Shown: positions 48,011 through 59,914, counted from the stretch's first letter. The stretch: 64,000 nt of DNA from Octopus sinensis (GCF_006345805.1 NC_043014.1:13578001-13642000), one strand, 5' to 3'. Translations and numbers: made by a program. The notes: generated by a model from the letters alone, not told the origin.

Positions 48011-48523
48011 TCATTTATGCAGCTATTTGCATTCATGAAAAACTTTTGAACCTCACATTTGCTATTCCCTCTTTTATAAAATCTAAAGCCTTATGCTTGT
48101 TGTATAAAGAATCAGTATTGTATATTCATGGTGAAAGCTGTTCTTTCAAAGACAGTGAGCTGACAGATTTATGAGTGTGTCAGGTATTTCTTCTGACTCT
48201 TTCATCCTTTCAGGGTCAATATTTCAATTATTCTCTTTCTTCCAAAATTGCAGGCCTTGTGCTAAAATTTTAAATGAGTTATATTCTGGGTGCAGAAGTG
48301 ACACCATGTTGTTTTTAGTGAGAAACTCATGAATGAAGAGAGGTCAGTGTCAAGGTACATTATTGTCAAGTTGAACATAAACAAACAAGCATACATTTAA
48401 TTACTTATCAGTATTTTCCCCTTGGCCTACTTTTTAGTAACAACCTCATAATGTATAGAAATAAACAAATTTATTGCTATTGCAGTGTTTTGCAATAAAA
48501 AATATAACAAACAGTTTTGAATA

Positions 48524-48745
48524 TCATCATCATCATCATCATCGTTTAACGTCCGTTTTCTGCGCTAGCACGGGTTGGACGGTTTCGACCGGGGTCTGGG
48601 GAGCTAGGGACTGCCCCAGGCTCCAGTCTAGTCTGGCAGAGTTTCTACAGCTGGATGCCCTTCCTAACGCCAACCACTCCGCGAGTGTAGTGGGTGTTTT
48701 TTACGTGCCACCTGCACAGGTGCCAGAGGGGTCTGGCATCGGCCA
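48524..48745 (-). mobile_element. RTE 3'-end fragment
   Basis: (CAT)n and UTR signature. Confidence 0.85.
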
Positions 48746-49319
48746 CATTAAAAAATACATTTATTTGTTTATTTACTTTTTCTATTTATATTTAACAACA
48801 AAAATGAACTACAAAATTCTAGAAATTGTTTAACTGCTTCAGACCAAGTCAAAAAAAAAAAGCACATTAAAATCTTTTTATTTTTTAGATCACTGATAGT
48901 TGATAAACAGCTTTAAGTTTTAGCTTTCGCTTCAGATTTTAAGAGAGTTTGACACCCGCCAGACACAACTTCAAATAAGAATTCTTGAAGAATCAACAAA
49001 TTTCTAGTTTCTGTTTAATATACCACATGGAGAATTTTGAGATTTTATCTTTCTCAGATATTCACATATCAGCTTCTATAATAGTGTTGTGTTGTCTCTC
49101 TTCTCTGTCTTATCTTTGGAATTTATTTCGTACGAGCAGTTTCTTTGGTTTCTGTTGGGTAGGGTTTTCTAATGGCAGCAAATTTAGTATCTTGTTTTTA
49201 ATTGAATTTGAATATAATATATATATTTATAATTAATACACGTCTTTGTATATGTAAAATCCATGTGTGTGTTTTATATAAATATATATATGCAATCCCT
49301 GTGTGTGTTTTATATAAAT

Positions 49320-50140
49320 ATTGTGTTGAGTGAAAAGCTTTGCAATATTGAAGTTACAAGAAAATCAGCCGAGCATTCAAAGTGGTGGCCATCGTGTTGC
49401 ACCATCTGAAGCCACTTCTCTACCAGTTCTTGTCCCTTGAGGTAAAGTACTCCTTCACTTAAACTTCCACTTCCTCTTGGTTGATGAAGTGTTGCAAGCA
49501 CAGGAAGTGAGCCATAGATTGGAGCAAGTAATAATCCAAGGGAGCTAGGTCATGTTTATATACTGGATGTGACATCAGTTCAATTCCTCTAAGTTCCTGG
49601 AGTTTATTTCAGGTTGTTTGAATGGTATGAAGCCTTGTGCAGAAGAGCACACTTTCTGTTAACCAATGCTGGCTATTTTTGTCACACAGAAGCATACATC
49701 TGTGCCAGCTGTTCATAGTACAGGTTGGTATCAATGGTTCAAGTTCGGAACAAACTTGTAGCGAATTATCCCCTCATAATTCTATCAGACAAGGAGCATC
49801 ACCTTCTGTTTGAAATGCTCGTGTTTGGTGAAAGGTTCTGGAAGCTGTCCTTTGCTTGACCACTGCTTATGCATATTAGGATTGCAGGAAAAATATCTCC
49901 CTTGGATTATTGCTTGCTCTGATTCATGGTTCACCTCCTTTCCTCATGATGTTCCATTGTCAAAGAGTTTTTCACCTTGAATGACAAGAACTGGTACCAG
50001 CCTGGAATCAAAGAACTGGCAGAAAGGCGGCTTCAGACAGTGCAACACGGTGGTCTCTACTATGAATGCTAGGCTGCTTTTGTAGTAACTTGGTGAATAA
50101 AGCAATTAAGTTACAAAAATATTGCTAAACTTTTGACTCA
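49320..50140. mobile_element. Rearranged mariner remnant with two inverted 3' ends
   Basis: Transposase C-terminus on - at ~49960-49330 and again on + at ~49960-50140; both end in TIR-like sequence. Confidence 0.7.
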
Positions 50141-50186
50141 ATACAATATATATAATCTATGTATGTGTTTTATATCTATCTATCTA

Positions 50187-50246
<60 letters not shown>

Positions 50247-50562
50247 TTAATAATTAGGGTTCAGCAAAGATTTGCTTTACCACATACCAAAGTTTAGAAA
50301 TAGCAGCCAAAAAATGTTAGCTATTTCTTCTACTTTAAAAAGGGACTCCCAGAAAACCTAAAAGTATTTTGGTTTTCTGGGAGTCCCTTTCGTTTTTTGG
50401 CTGCTATTTCTAAACTTCGGTATGTGGTAAAGCAAATCTTTGCTGAACCCTAATTATTAAGTATTACTTAAGTTTACCATGAAATGGTCCTTTTTTCATG
50501 CCGAATTCTACTTGGTGAAATTATTGATTACTTCTTAATTAATTCATTTTACCCTTTGTTAT

Positions 50563-50594
<32 letters not shown>

Positions 50595-50646
50595 ATGCAT
50601 GTTGTATTGATGTGCAAATCTCTTATTCAACATTGAAAATGTAGCT

Positions 50647-50734
50647 TCAGAGATACTTTGCTACTGCTTCAAACCGTTTCAGGCGTTGTTTGTTAGCTTT
50701 TAGAATTCCTTTTATAGTGTCATCAAAGAAAATG
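50647..50734 (-). CDS. Terminal coding exon of LRR/EF-hand-like gene: (C)IFFDDTIKGILKANKQRLKRFEAVAKYL*
   Basis: Long polypyrimidine tract with cacag acceptor, phase 2, open for 28 codons to TGA. Confidence 0.75.
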
Positions 50735-50879
50735 CTGTGATGGAAATAAAAAAAAAAGAAGAAAAAAAAAAACAGAAGTGTGAGAATAATATGCAGAAGG
50801 ACTTGCTTTCATGGTCGACTGCAAGCAAATGGACATCATTATTGTTTACAATAACAGTGAATACCCATAATAAAATAAT

Positions 50880-51088
50880 AAACGTGCCCTTTTTAAAGCC
50901 TAGCCAGGCTCATGGGCCCGGTTTCCCAGTCTATCGCAGCGTTGCTCATTCATGCCAGCTGAGTGGACTGGAGCAACGTGAAACGTAGTGTTTTGCTCAA
51001 GAACACAACACGTCGCCCGGTCCAGGAATCGAAACCACAATCTTACGATCATGATGCTGACACTCTAACCACTAAGCCACGTGCCTCC
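50880..51088 (-). mobile_element. SINE family E (D-like head, different tail)
   Basis: GTGGCTTAGTGGTTAG ... GGTTTCGATTCC; fragments near 10250, 24700, 31050, 42150 and 52000. Confidence 0.75.
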
Positions 51089-51328
51089 ACGAATACCCAT
51101 GAAGATGAGGGAAATATGAACATATATATACACACATACATTCATACATACATACATATAATGATAGGCTCCTCTTAGTCACTTTCTGTCTACCATATCC
51201 ACTCACAACCCAGAGCTATAGTAGAAGACACTTTCCCAAGGTGCCACACATTGGGACTGAACTCAAAACCACATGGCTGGGACGTGAGCTTAAAACAAAC
51301 CCAAGCCTGCACCTATATATACATATAA

Positions 51329-51556
51329 TGGTGGCAAGCTGGCAGAAACGTTAGCACGCTGGGCGAAATGGGTTGCCGTATTTCGTCTGCCATTACGTTC
51401 CGAGTTCAAATTCCGCCGAGGTCGACTTTGCCTTTCATCCTTCCAGGGTCAATAAATTAAGTACCAGTTACGCACTGGGGTCGATGTAATCGACTTAATC
51501 CCTTTGTCTGTCCTTGTTTGTTTCCTCTGTGTTTAACCCCTTGTGGGTAGTAAAGA
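51329..51556 (+). mobile_element. SINE family B, best copy
   Basis: GCTGGCAGAAACGTTAGCAC head, GAGTTCAAATTCC B-box, GTCGACTTTGCCTTTCATCC core. Other copies lie near 2350, 3200, 5990, 11730, 11960, 26030, 54725, 61060, 61400 and 62520. Confidence 0.85.
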
Positions 51557-52421
51557 AATATATATATACATATATGTACATATACAAATATAACAGAGGG
51601 TCCACTATGTGGACGCTCTTGCGCTAAAAATAAATCCGCAATGGTCTCAACCACCAAGAATTGTTCCCAAGGAGAATTAGCACAATGATGGGCTTCTCTC
51701 AGTTTATGTATACCAAATTCACTCAAAAGGCTTTTGTAAGCCCATGGCTATAGTAGAAGACACTTGCTGAAGGGGCTCTCCACGAGGTCACCTTTGGCAA
51801 GGTCTGCATTTCTATGTTTAACCATATACGTATGTCTAAAAACGTCATGATGTATATATATACATATGTATATATATATATATATATCATAAAAAAGGAT
51901 CAAAGGTCGTTCCTGAGCTATAAGGTCATAAGGCCAATTTCTGAGAGTCTGTGGCATATATATTCCCCACTGGATGGGTCTCTGGTTTGTTGCAGAATTA
52001 CTCATTTTTTGCCAGTTGAATGAATTGGAACTGCGTGAAATGAAGTATGTTACTCAAGAACACAACTCATCACCCAGACCTGGAATTGAAACTGAAATAT
52101 TACAACAAACACATGTATGATTATATACAGCATTTAACAGCTTGCCTAACCAGCAAGAATGCTAAAACAATACAAAAAACATTGTGACAAATGATGTGTA
52201 ACAACATCTGATAAACTGGTTGGTCATGTGATCACGTGATTCCCAACAGGCTTCCATACACTTTCCCTCTACGAAATTCACTCACAAAGATTGCTTGGTG
52301 TAGAAGATACTTGCCCAAGATGCTGTGCAGTGTGACTGAACCTGAAACGATGTGGTTGCAAAGCAATCTTCTCAGCCAAACAGCATGATTTAAAAAAAAA
52401 TTTTTTGTGGTAGACAGTATA

Positions 52422-53035
52422 GGCGCAGGAGTGGCTGTGTGGTAAGTAGCTTGCTTACCAACCACATGGTTCTGGGTTCAGTCCCACTGCGTGGCACCTT
52501 GGGCAAGTGTCTTCTACTATAGCCTCGGGCTGACCAAAGCCTTGTGAGTGGATATGGTAGATAGAAACTGAAAGAAGCCCGTCGTATATATGTGGTTAAT
52601 CCAAACAAGAAAGCACAAAAAAACACAACACGAGGACGTGGAACAAATATAGTATTATTGGACGCTCAGTAAAGAAGGAGGGTTTAACGTTTCGAGCGGA
52701 GCTCTTCGTCGGAAACATAGGAGAAGGAAAGATTCAGAGAAGGGAAGACAGAGGAAAAACAAATCGCCAACGGTACACACGAGGTCACATATCTATATAT
52801 ATATGTATGTGTGTGTATATGTTTGTGTGTCTGTGTTTGTCCCCCCAACATCGCTTGGCAAGTAATTCTGGTGTGTTTATGTCCCCGTAACTTAGCATTT
52901 CGGCAGAAGAGACCGATAGAATAAGTACTAGGCTTACAAAGAATAAGTCCTGGGGTTGATTTGCTCGACTAAAGGCGGTGCTCCAGCATGGCCGCAGTCA
53001 AGTGACTGAAACAAGTAAAAGAGTAAAGAGAGTAA
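52422..53035 (+). mobile_element. SINE family A interrupted by a ~200-bp hammerhead-bearing element at 52590-52790
   Basis: Head and tail flank the insertion at the internal (TA)n. Confidence 0.9.
52682..52716 (-). ncRNA. Minimal type I hammerhead motif, same family (CCGACGA core)
   Basis: GUUU-CCGACGA-A-GAGC-UCC-GCUC-GAA-ACGU-U-AAAC. Confidence 0.6.
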
Positions 53036-53774
53036 GACTTTGCAGTCTGTCCAAACTGTAAATAAACTGTTATTATTATCATAATTACGTCAGAGCTGAC
53101 CTTGAGCTGTCAACGTCAGCTCTGACATAATGATGATGTATGAAGCTTATTATATAACAGTCATTATGTCAGAGCTGACCTTGATAGCTCAAGGTTAGTT
53201 CTGACGTAATTATTGATCTCTTTTGCTGGACCACTAAGTTACAGAGACATAATAACATCATAACCAGTTGTCAAGCAGTAGACAGAAAGACATACACATG
53301 CATATACACACACATGCATATACACACACATACATATACACACACACGTTTATACACACATATACATATATGATCACCTTTCAGTTTCTGTCTATCAAAT
53401 CAACTCATGAGTCTTTGGATGACCTAGGGCTATAGTAAAAGATATTTGCTCAAGGTGCCAAGCAGTGGGACTAAATCCAGAACCATGTGGCCGGGAAGCA
53501 AACTTCTAACTACAAAGCTATACCTGGGCTTCTTTCAGTTTCCATATACAAAATCCACTCACAATTCTTTGGTCATCCCAAGGCTTACCACACACCTATT
53601 CCTGTGTCTTTTCTGCTTTATTTTCAATCAGTTATTGGGATGTGATTTGCCAGGCAGAAGCTATCAACCCTGTTTATATTCATTATTTGCTGTATGCAGG
53701 GAGGGTCGGTGGTCCTAAGATTGTGTAACATTAGGAGAATTATAAAGAATGCAAAATAAGTTAGTTTCAATTAC

Positions 53775-53836
53775 CAGTATGGAATTTTCTCAAGATTTTC
53801 CCTTGCTATTTTCTTAATGAGGTCTTTCATAGATTT
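53775..53836 (-). CDS. Exon of LRR/EF-hand-like gene: KSMKDLIKKIARENLEKIPY(C)
   Basis: ttcttttttcag acceptor, TG|gtaatt donor, 62 nt (phase 0 to 2). This is exactly the phase needed to join the terminal exon. Confidence 0.75.
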
Positions 53837-54051
53837 CTGAAAAAAGAATTTTAATAAAAAACTTTCTTTTAAAGACTATACCAGTTTCCTTTGGAAAACA
53901 AAACAAAATCTAGAAATTTTCTTTAAAGTTCTTAGAACTTCCAAAATTTTCACTACTAAAGTAGTGACTGAGAAGGGCACCCCTATTATCAGTTTCACCC
54001 CTTTTTTTTTCTCTCTCTCTCACTCACTCTCTTTCATTCTCTGAATTTGTA

Positions 54052-54101
<50 letters not shown>

Positions 54102-54323
54102 TGGTGATAGTGCCACATAAAAAGCTCCCTGTACACTCTGTAAAGTGGTTGGCATTAGGAAGGGCATCTAACCATTGAAACCAAGCCAAAATAGGCTATG
54201 GAACCTGATGTGGTCCCTGATCTTGCCAGTTCCTGTGAAGCCGTCCAGCCTATGACAGCACAGAAAACAGATGTTAAATGATGATGATGACGACGATATA
54301 TATATATATATACTATACACACA

Positions 54324-54356
<33 letters not shown>

Positions 54357-55071
54357 TCTGCCAACCATATTACACATATAAACATATATCAATCTTTTAA
54401 AAAGTAAAAATGAAATTTCACACTGTAGACTATGTTTTGTGGATTTTTTGCTCCGAGCACCTTTTACCTTACACGCAAGTTCTAATATTTCTTGTAGGCA
54501 AACTGCATTATAACCAGGCAATGCACCATAATATGTCTGCCACTATCAGTTTTAGTAAATATGAAAAACCAGCTCAAGGTGGCTGTGGTTGATAAGAGAC
54601 ACACAGCTGGAACTGTCTGTAGATGAAGACTAATTCAGTCCTTGCTGCTCTGCTTAGGCTAAGGAGTGAAACACTTGTAACCCTGAGATACCTGGTGATG
54701 ATAAAAAAGGGTTTCCAACATTGATTTCAAATTCTGACACAAGGCCAGCAATTTTGCGGGAGGAGGTTAAGTTGATTAGATTGACCCCGATGCTCATCTG
54801 GTGCTTATTTTATTGACCCCAAGAGGAAGAAAGGCAGCATTTGAACTCATAACATAAAGACAGACTAAAGGCTGCTAAACATTTTGCCTGGCCTGCAAAT
54901 GGTTCTCCCAGGATGGATTCAGAAGAAAGAGCTAAGCTTGCAAAACCTCTAAGTATAACCGGAAGATGGATTTAGTATTAATCTTTATTTTGTTTTAATG
55001 GTTGTTTTGGCCCATCCTTCTACTGTCCCATAAGGGACAGTAGCATGTGTTACATCCATTTTGTAGTCTGG

Positions 55072-55122
<51 letters not shown>

Positions 55123-55128
<6 letters not shown>

Positions 55129-55596
55129 GAAATGAAGAAAATGCTGACAAAATAATTGAAGTAATTTAAGTAATTTAATTAGGTGAAAGTTCTTTTTACC
55201 GGTTGCGCATTTGTTATGCTTATCAAAATATAAAAGAGAGATTAGAGTTCCTTTCTGATAGATTTTTTCCTCTTATCTGATAAAAAAGGAAATGAAGAAA
55301 ATGCTGACAAAATAATTGAAGTAATTTAAGTAATTTAATTAGGTGAAAGTTCTTTTTACCGGTTGCGCATTTGTTATGCTTATCAAAATATAAAAGAGAG
55401 ATTAGAGTTCCTTTCTGATAGATTTTTTCCTCTTATCTGATAAGAGGAAAAAATCTATCAGAAAGGAACTCTAATCTCTCTTTTATATTTTGATAAGCAT
55501 AACAAATGCGCAACTGGTAAAAAGAACTTTCACCTAATTAAATTACTTAAATTACTTCAATTATTTTGTCAGCATTTTCTTCATTTCCTTTTTTAT
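55123..55596. repeat. 160-bp unit arranged direct-direct-inverted; 158-bp palindrome arms around a 1-nt centre (55438)
   Basis: Period of 160 between the direct copies; arms 55280-55437 and 55439-55596 differ at one position. Confidence 0.95.
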
Positions 55597-55628
55597 ATAT
55601 CACAACTCGTGTTCGACATCTCCTTTTT

Positions 55629-55678
<50 letters not shown>

Positions 55679-55744
55679 TACATAAAATTTTTTAAAATGT
55701 GTAGTAAATAAACATCCAAACATACTAAATACACAGACGAACAA

Positions 55745-55787
<43 letters not shown>

Positions 55788-55788
<1 letters not shown>

Positions 55789-57079
55789 GAGGGGCGTTCA
55801 ATAAGTAATGCCCCTGACCCACTTCCCATAGCAGTAGAGCAACGAAACTTGGCACAGGTATTAGTCTTTTTCAGCATAGGAATCATCCAGAGTTACGCAT
55901 TTCTCCCATCGTTTGATACAGCTCTGGAGACCGTTTTCATAGAAGATCCCAGCTTGGTCCTCCAACCACGACGTGACTTCAGAAATCAAGGCTGCATCAT
56001 CTGGGAAACGCTTTCCTTTCAAAAACAACTTCATGGCTGGGAAGAGGTGAAAATCAGAGGGTGCAAGGTCAGGAGAGTAGGGGGATGGGGAAAGTGTTCA
56101 TAGCCGCACGCCTGTGCTTCTGATCTGGCGACACGCGAGTTGTGGACCGGAGCGTTGTCCTGCAGGAGGAGGATGCCTTTGCTGATCTTGCCCCACCTCT
56201 TGGTTTTGATAGCTTCTCTTAATTTCCTCAAAAGTGAAGCATGACAGGCTCCTGTAACTGTGGTACCCTTTGCCAGGAAATCTGTCATCACTACTCCGTC
56301 CTGGTCCCAGAAGACTGTGAGCATGACCTTGCCAGCGGAGGGCTGCACCCTTGCCTTCTTTGGAGGAGGTGAGTCATGGTGCTTCCACTGCATTGACTGG
56401 GCTTTGGTCTCTGGATCATGGTGAAGGACCCAGGTTTCATCCTGTGTAATCAGTCTTTTGAAAAATATTGACTCATCTTCTTGGCACATCCCTAAATTCA
56501 TCCTCGAGCACTCAACGCGTTCTTGCTTCAGGAAAAGTGTGAGCAACCTGGGAATCCCTCTGGCAGACACCTTTTGCATATGCAAATGGTCATGAATGAT
56601 AGTTTCCACAGACCCGGTACTAATCTTGACCTCATGGGCTATTTGGCGAATAGTTATGCGTCCATCTTCCAAAATGGCAGCCTCAACTTGACGGACAGAT
56701 GCCTCATCAATGGCAGAAGGGGTGCGACCAGATCTGGGAGCTGTTTCCACAGAGTTCCGACCATGTTTGAATTCACGATGCCAGCGTTTTACAAGGTCAT
56801 ATGATGGGGCATCATCACCATAAGTTATTTTCGTTTCATCAAAAGTCTCCTGTGGTGTGCGTCATTTCAAATACAAAAACCGGATCACTTCTCGACACTC
56901 AGCAGGCTCCATTTCCCACTTGACTCATTTCAAACACATGTAAATCAGAAACCACTATTAGTTCGGAGCTGTAATTTGCCACTTAATCTATAGAGATATA
57001 AATAATTACACATGCAAAATCTCAGCTAGATCAATCAACGGCAAGTGGGTCAGAGGCATTACTTATTGAACGCCCCTCG
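55788..57079 (-). mobile_element. Full-length mariner (DD34D) transposon, 1292 bp
   Basis: 37-bp TIRs cgaggggcgttcaataagtaatg... with 1 mismatch; TA TSDs at 55786-87 and 57080-81. Confidence 0.95.
55861..56912 (-). pseudogene. Mariner transposase pseudogene
   Basis: ATG at 56912, TAA at 55863; DETW, DNA and YSPDLAPSD motifs with D34D spacing; premature TGA at codon 17 (56864-62); 1-nt deletion in a C-run near 56073. Confidence 0.92.
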
Positions 57080-57122
<43 letters not shown>

Positions 57123-57165
57123 ATATATATATATAAGCATATATATGTACATATGTATATATATA

Positions 57166-57565
57166 TCAGGAGTGGCTGTGTGGTAAGTAGCTTGCTTACC
57201 AACCACATAGTTCCGGGTTCAGTCCCACTGCATGGCATCTTGGGCAGGTGTCTTCTGCTATAGCCTCAGGCAGACCAATGCCTTGTGAGTGGATTTGGTA
57301 GACGGAAACTGAAAGAAGCTTGTCGTATATATGTATATATATATATGTATGTGTGTGTATGTTTGTGTATCTGTGTTTGTCCCCCTAGCATTGCTTGACA
57401 ACCGATGCTGGTGTGTTTACGTCCCCGTCACTTAGCGGTTCGGCAAAAGAGACCGATAGAATAAGTACTGGGCTTACAAAGAATAAGTCCCGGGGGCGAT
57501 TTGCTCGACTAAAGGCGGTGCTCCAGCTAGGCCGCAGTCAAATGACTGAAACAAGTAAAAAGAAA
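57166..57565 (+). mobile_element. SINE family A
   Basis: Full match. Confidence 0.9.
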
Positions 57566-57576
57566 AAAGTAAAAAA

Positions 57577-57613
<37 letters not shown>

Positions 57614-57621
57614 TATACATA

Positions 57622-57669
<48 letters not shown>

Positions 57670-57689
57670 CATACATATGTACATATGTG

Positions 57690-57762
<73 letters not shown>

Positions 57763-58006
57763 CCATGGGTTTCTGCATAGTTTCTGTTTGCCAAATCTCA
57801 TTCACAATGTAATGGTCAACTTGACACTATGAATGAATACACTTGTCTTATATAGTGTGCATTGGAATTGAACACAAAACCATTTTGTTGCAAAGCAAAC
57901 TTCTTAACCACGCTAATATATCAATGCAGACAAGAGTTCGTTGTTGCATACATTCCTGCTAACGAATAAATGTAAATGTTTCTCTGAAAGGTCATTTTTC
58001 TCTTAC

Positions 58007-58165
58007 CAACGGTATATGGAATCCTGTCTTCTCCAAACACAGTATTGTTGACTCTAACCCGAGATAGCCATCTCTGCTTTTATCAATAGATTTGAAAGAT
58101 GCCTCAAGGCTGTGACCATTTTGTCTGATAAAGTCAGACAGTAACTGCAAGAAACTCCTGACTAG
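58007..58165 (-). CDS. Exon of LRR/EF-hand-like gene: LVRSFLQLLSDFIRQNGHSLEASFKSIDKSRDGYLGLESTILCLEKTGFHIPL
   Basis: tctttattcatattgcag acceptor, TTG|gtaaga donor, 159 nt, phase 0-0; EF-hand-like FKSIDKSRDGYL loop. Confidence 0.85.
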
Positions 58166-58476
58166 CTGCAATATGAATAAAGATGAGAAATGGATAGAGT
58201 TAAAAAAATATAAAAACACAGCAAATCCACTCAAGAATATATTGTTCTGTTAAAGAATATGAGTCCATGCGTGTGTGTAGTTTTTTTTACCTGGTTTAGC
58301 CATTGGACTGTGGTCATGCTGGGGCACTGCTTTGAAGGGAAGTCTAGTACTTATTCTATCAGCCTCTTTTGCCAAACTGCTTAGTTACAAGAATGTAAAC
58401 AGACCAACACTACTTGTCAAGTGATGGTGGGTGTACAAACACAAATACACACATGCGTACACACACACACACATAC

Positions 58477-58635
58477 ATTGGGGCACTGGGATATATGACA
58501 CACTGCCTAAATGCCAATCTTGAGAAATTAGGCTTCTCAAAACCAGAAAGGAGAAAGCTAATCCGAAGACTACAGATCCAAGCCATTATTGGAACTGTAA
58601 AAATCTGTAAAACTTTCCAGAAGTTTATCATTTAA
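58477..58635 (+). mobile_element. 3' fragment of a restriction-like-endonuclease LINE (R4/NeSL/CRE-type)
   Basis: IGALG...LEKLG...IRRLQIQAIIGTVKIC matches the C-terminal pattern of RLE non-LTR elements. Confidence 0.65.
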
Positions 58636-59199
58636 GCATATATGAGCATGTCTAGACATGCAACTACATGCAGGAGAATACATACATAAAACAAAACATA
58701 CAAATCTGCACACACACACAATCATACATATACACAAACAAACAAAATACCTTGTTGATGTTGAGAGGGGAAGAGGAAGAGAGAGTATATTCATCAATAT
58801 AAATAAACATGTATATGTAAAATCAAACACAGATGTTCACTGGCATGCCATTTCATGGTCCACTGTAGATTCCAGATCCAATGTAGGGAAAGTTCCAGGT
58901 AAGGTGTAAAACAAGTAAGAACACAAATGGGCTGAGGTTCACTACAGCTGTTTCAGACACATTGTTTATTGATGAACAAATCAATAACATCATGAACAAA
59001 AACCATTTTCATCTGGATCATCACCAAGATGAGTGAGTCAACATCTATTCTTTATGTGCCAAATCTTAAATTTTAATTCACCTGAAGAAAACAGGTTTTT
59101 TTTTCATAATGTAATTGATTTGGTCATCAATAGAAAAATTTTTTTTAAATATATCTGAAACAGCTGCAGTGAACCTCAGTCTATTTGTGTTCTTACATT

Positions 59200-59570
59200 T
59201 GTGGTAAGAAGTTTGCTTACCAATTACATGGTTCCAGATTCAGTCCCACTGTGTAGCACCTTGGGCAAGTGTCTTCTACTATAGCCTCAGGCTGACCAAG
59301 CCTTGTGAGTGGATTTGGTAGACGGAAACTGAAAGAAGCCTGTTGTATGTGTGCGTATACGACAGATGTGTTGCATACACAACACATGTGTGTTTGATCC
59401 CCACTATTGTTTGACAACTGATGTTGGTGTGTTTACATACCCATAACTTAGCAGTTCAGGAAAAGAGACTGATAGAATAAATACTAAGCTCTGAGGTTGA
59501 TTTGCTTGACTAAAGGTATTGCTCCAGCATGGCTGAAGTCAAAATGACTGAAATAAGTAAAAGAATAAAA
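59200..59570 (+). mobile_element. SINE family A, diverged
   Basis: Colinear match lacking the extreme 5' end. Confidence 0.8.
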
Positions 59571-59914
59571 TAATTATATGTGTGTGTGTGTGTTTATGTG
59601 TGATGGGTTTCTACACAGTTTTCTGTCTACCAAATTCCCTCCCAAGGAAATGGTTGGTCTGTGGCTAGAGTAGAAGACACTTGCCCAAGGTGCTGCGCAG
59701 TTGAACCGGACCCAAAACCATATCATTGCCACATGAGCCTCTTAACCATGCAGCTATGCCTAGGAGAAGACCTACTAAAGTGAAGAAATAGTCAAAAAGA
59801 ATGCTTACATATTTGATAAACGGGGAGTGGAGGGTTCTAAGGACCAAGAAAAGGTTCCATATATTGTGACTGAACCAAATGGCCATATCTGTGTCCAATA
59901 TTTTTTTTTCCTGC

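Noticed and set aside
54468-54536. Candidate 69-nt minus-strand exon TYYGALPGYNAVCLQEILELACK
   Set aside because: Weak acceptor, and not needed for the in-phase model, which reads continuously without it. RNA-seq could rescue it as a cassette.
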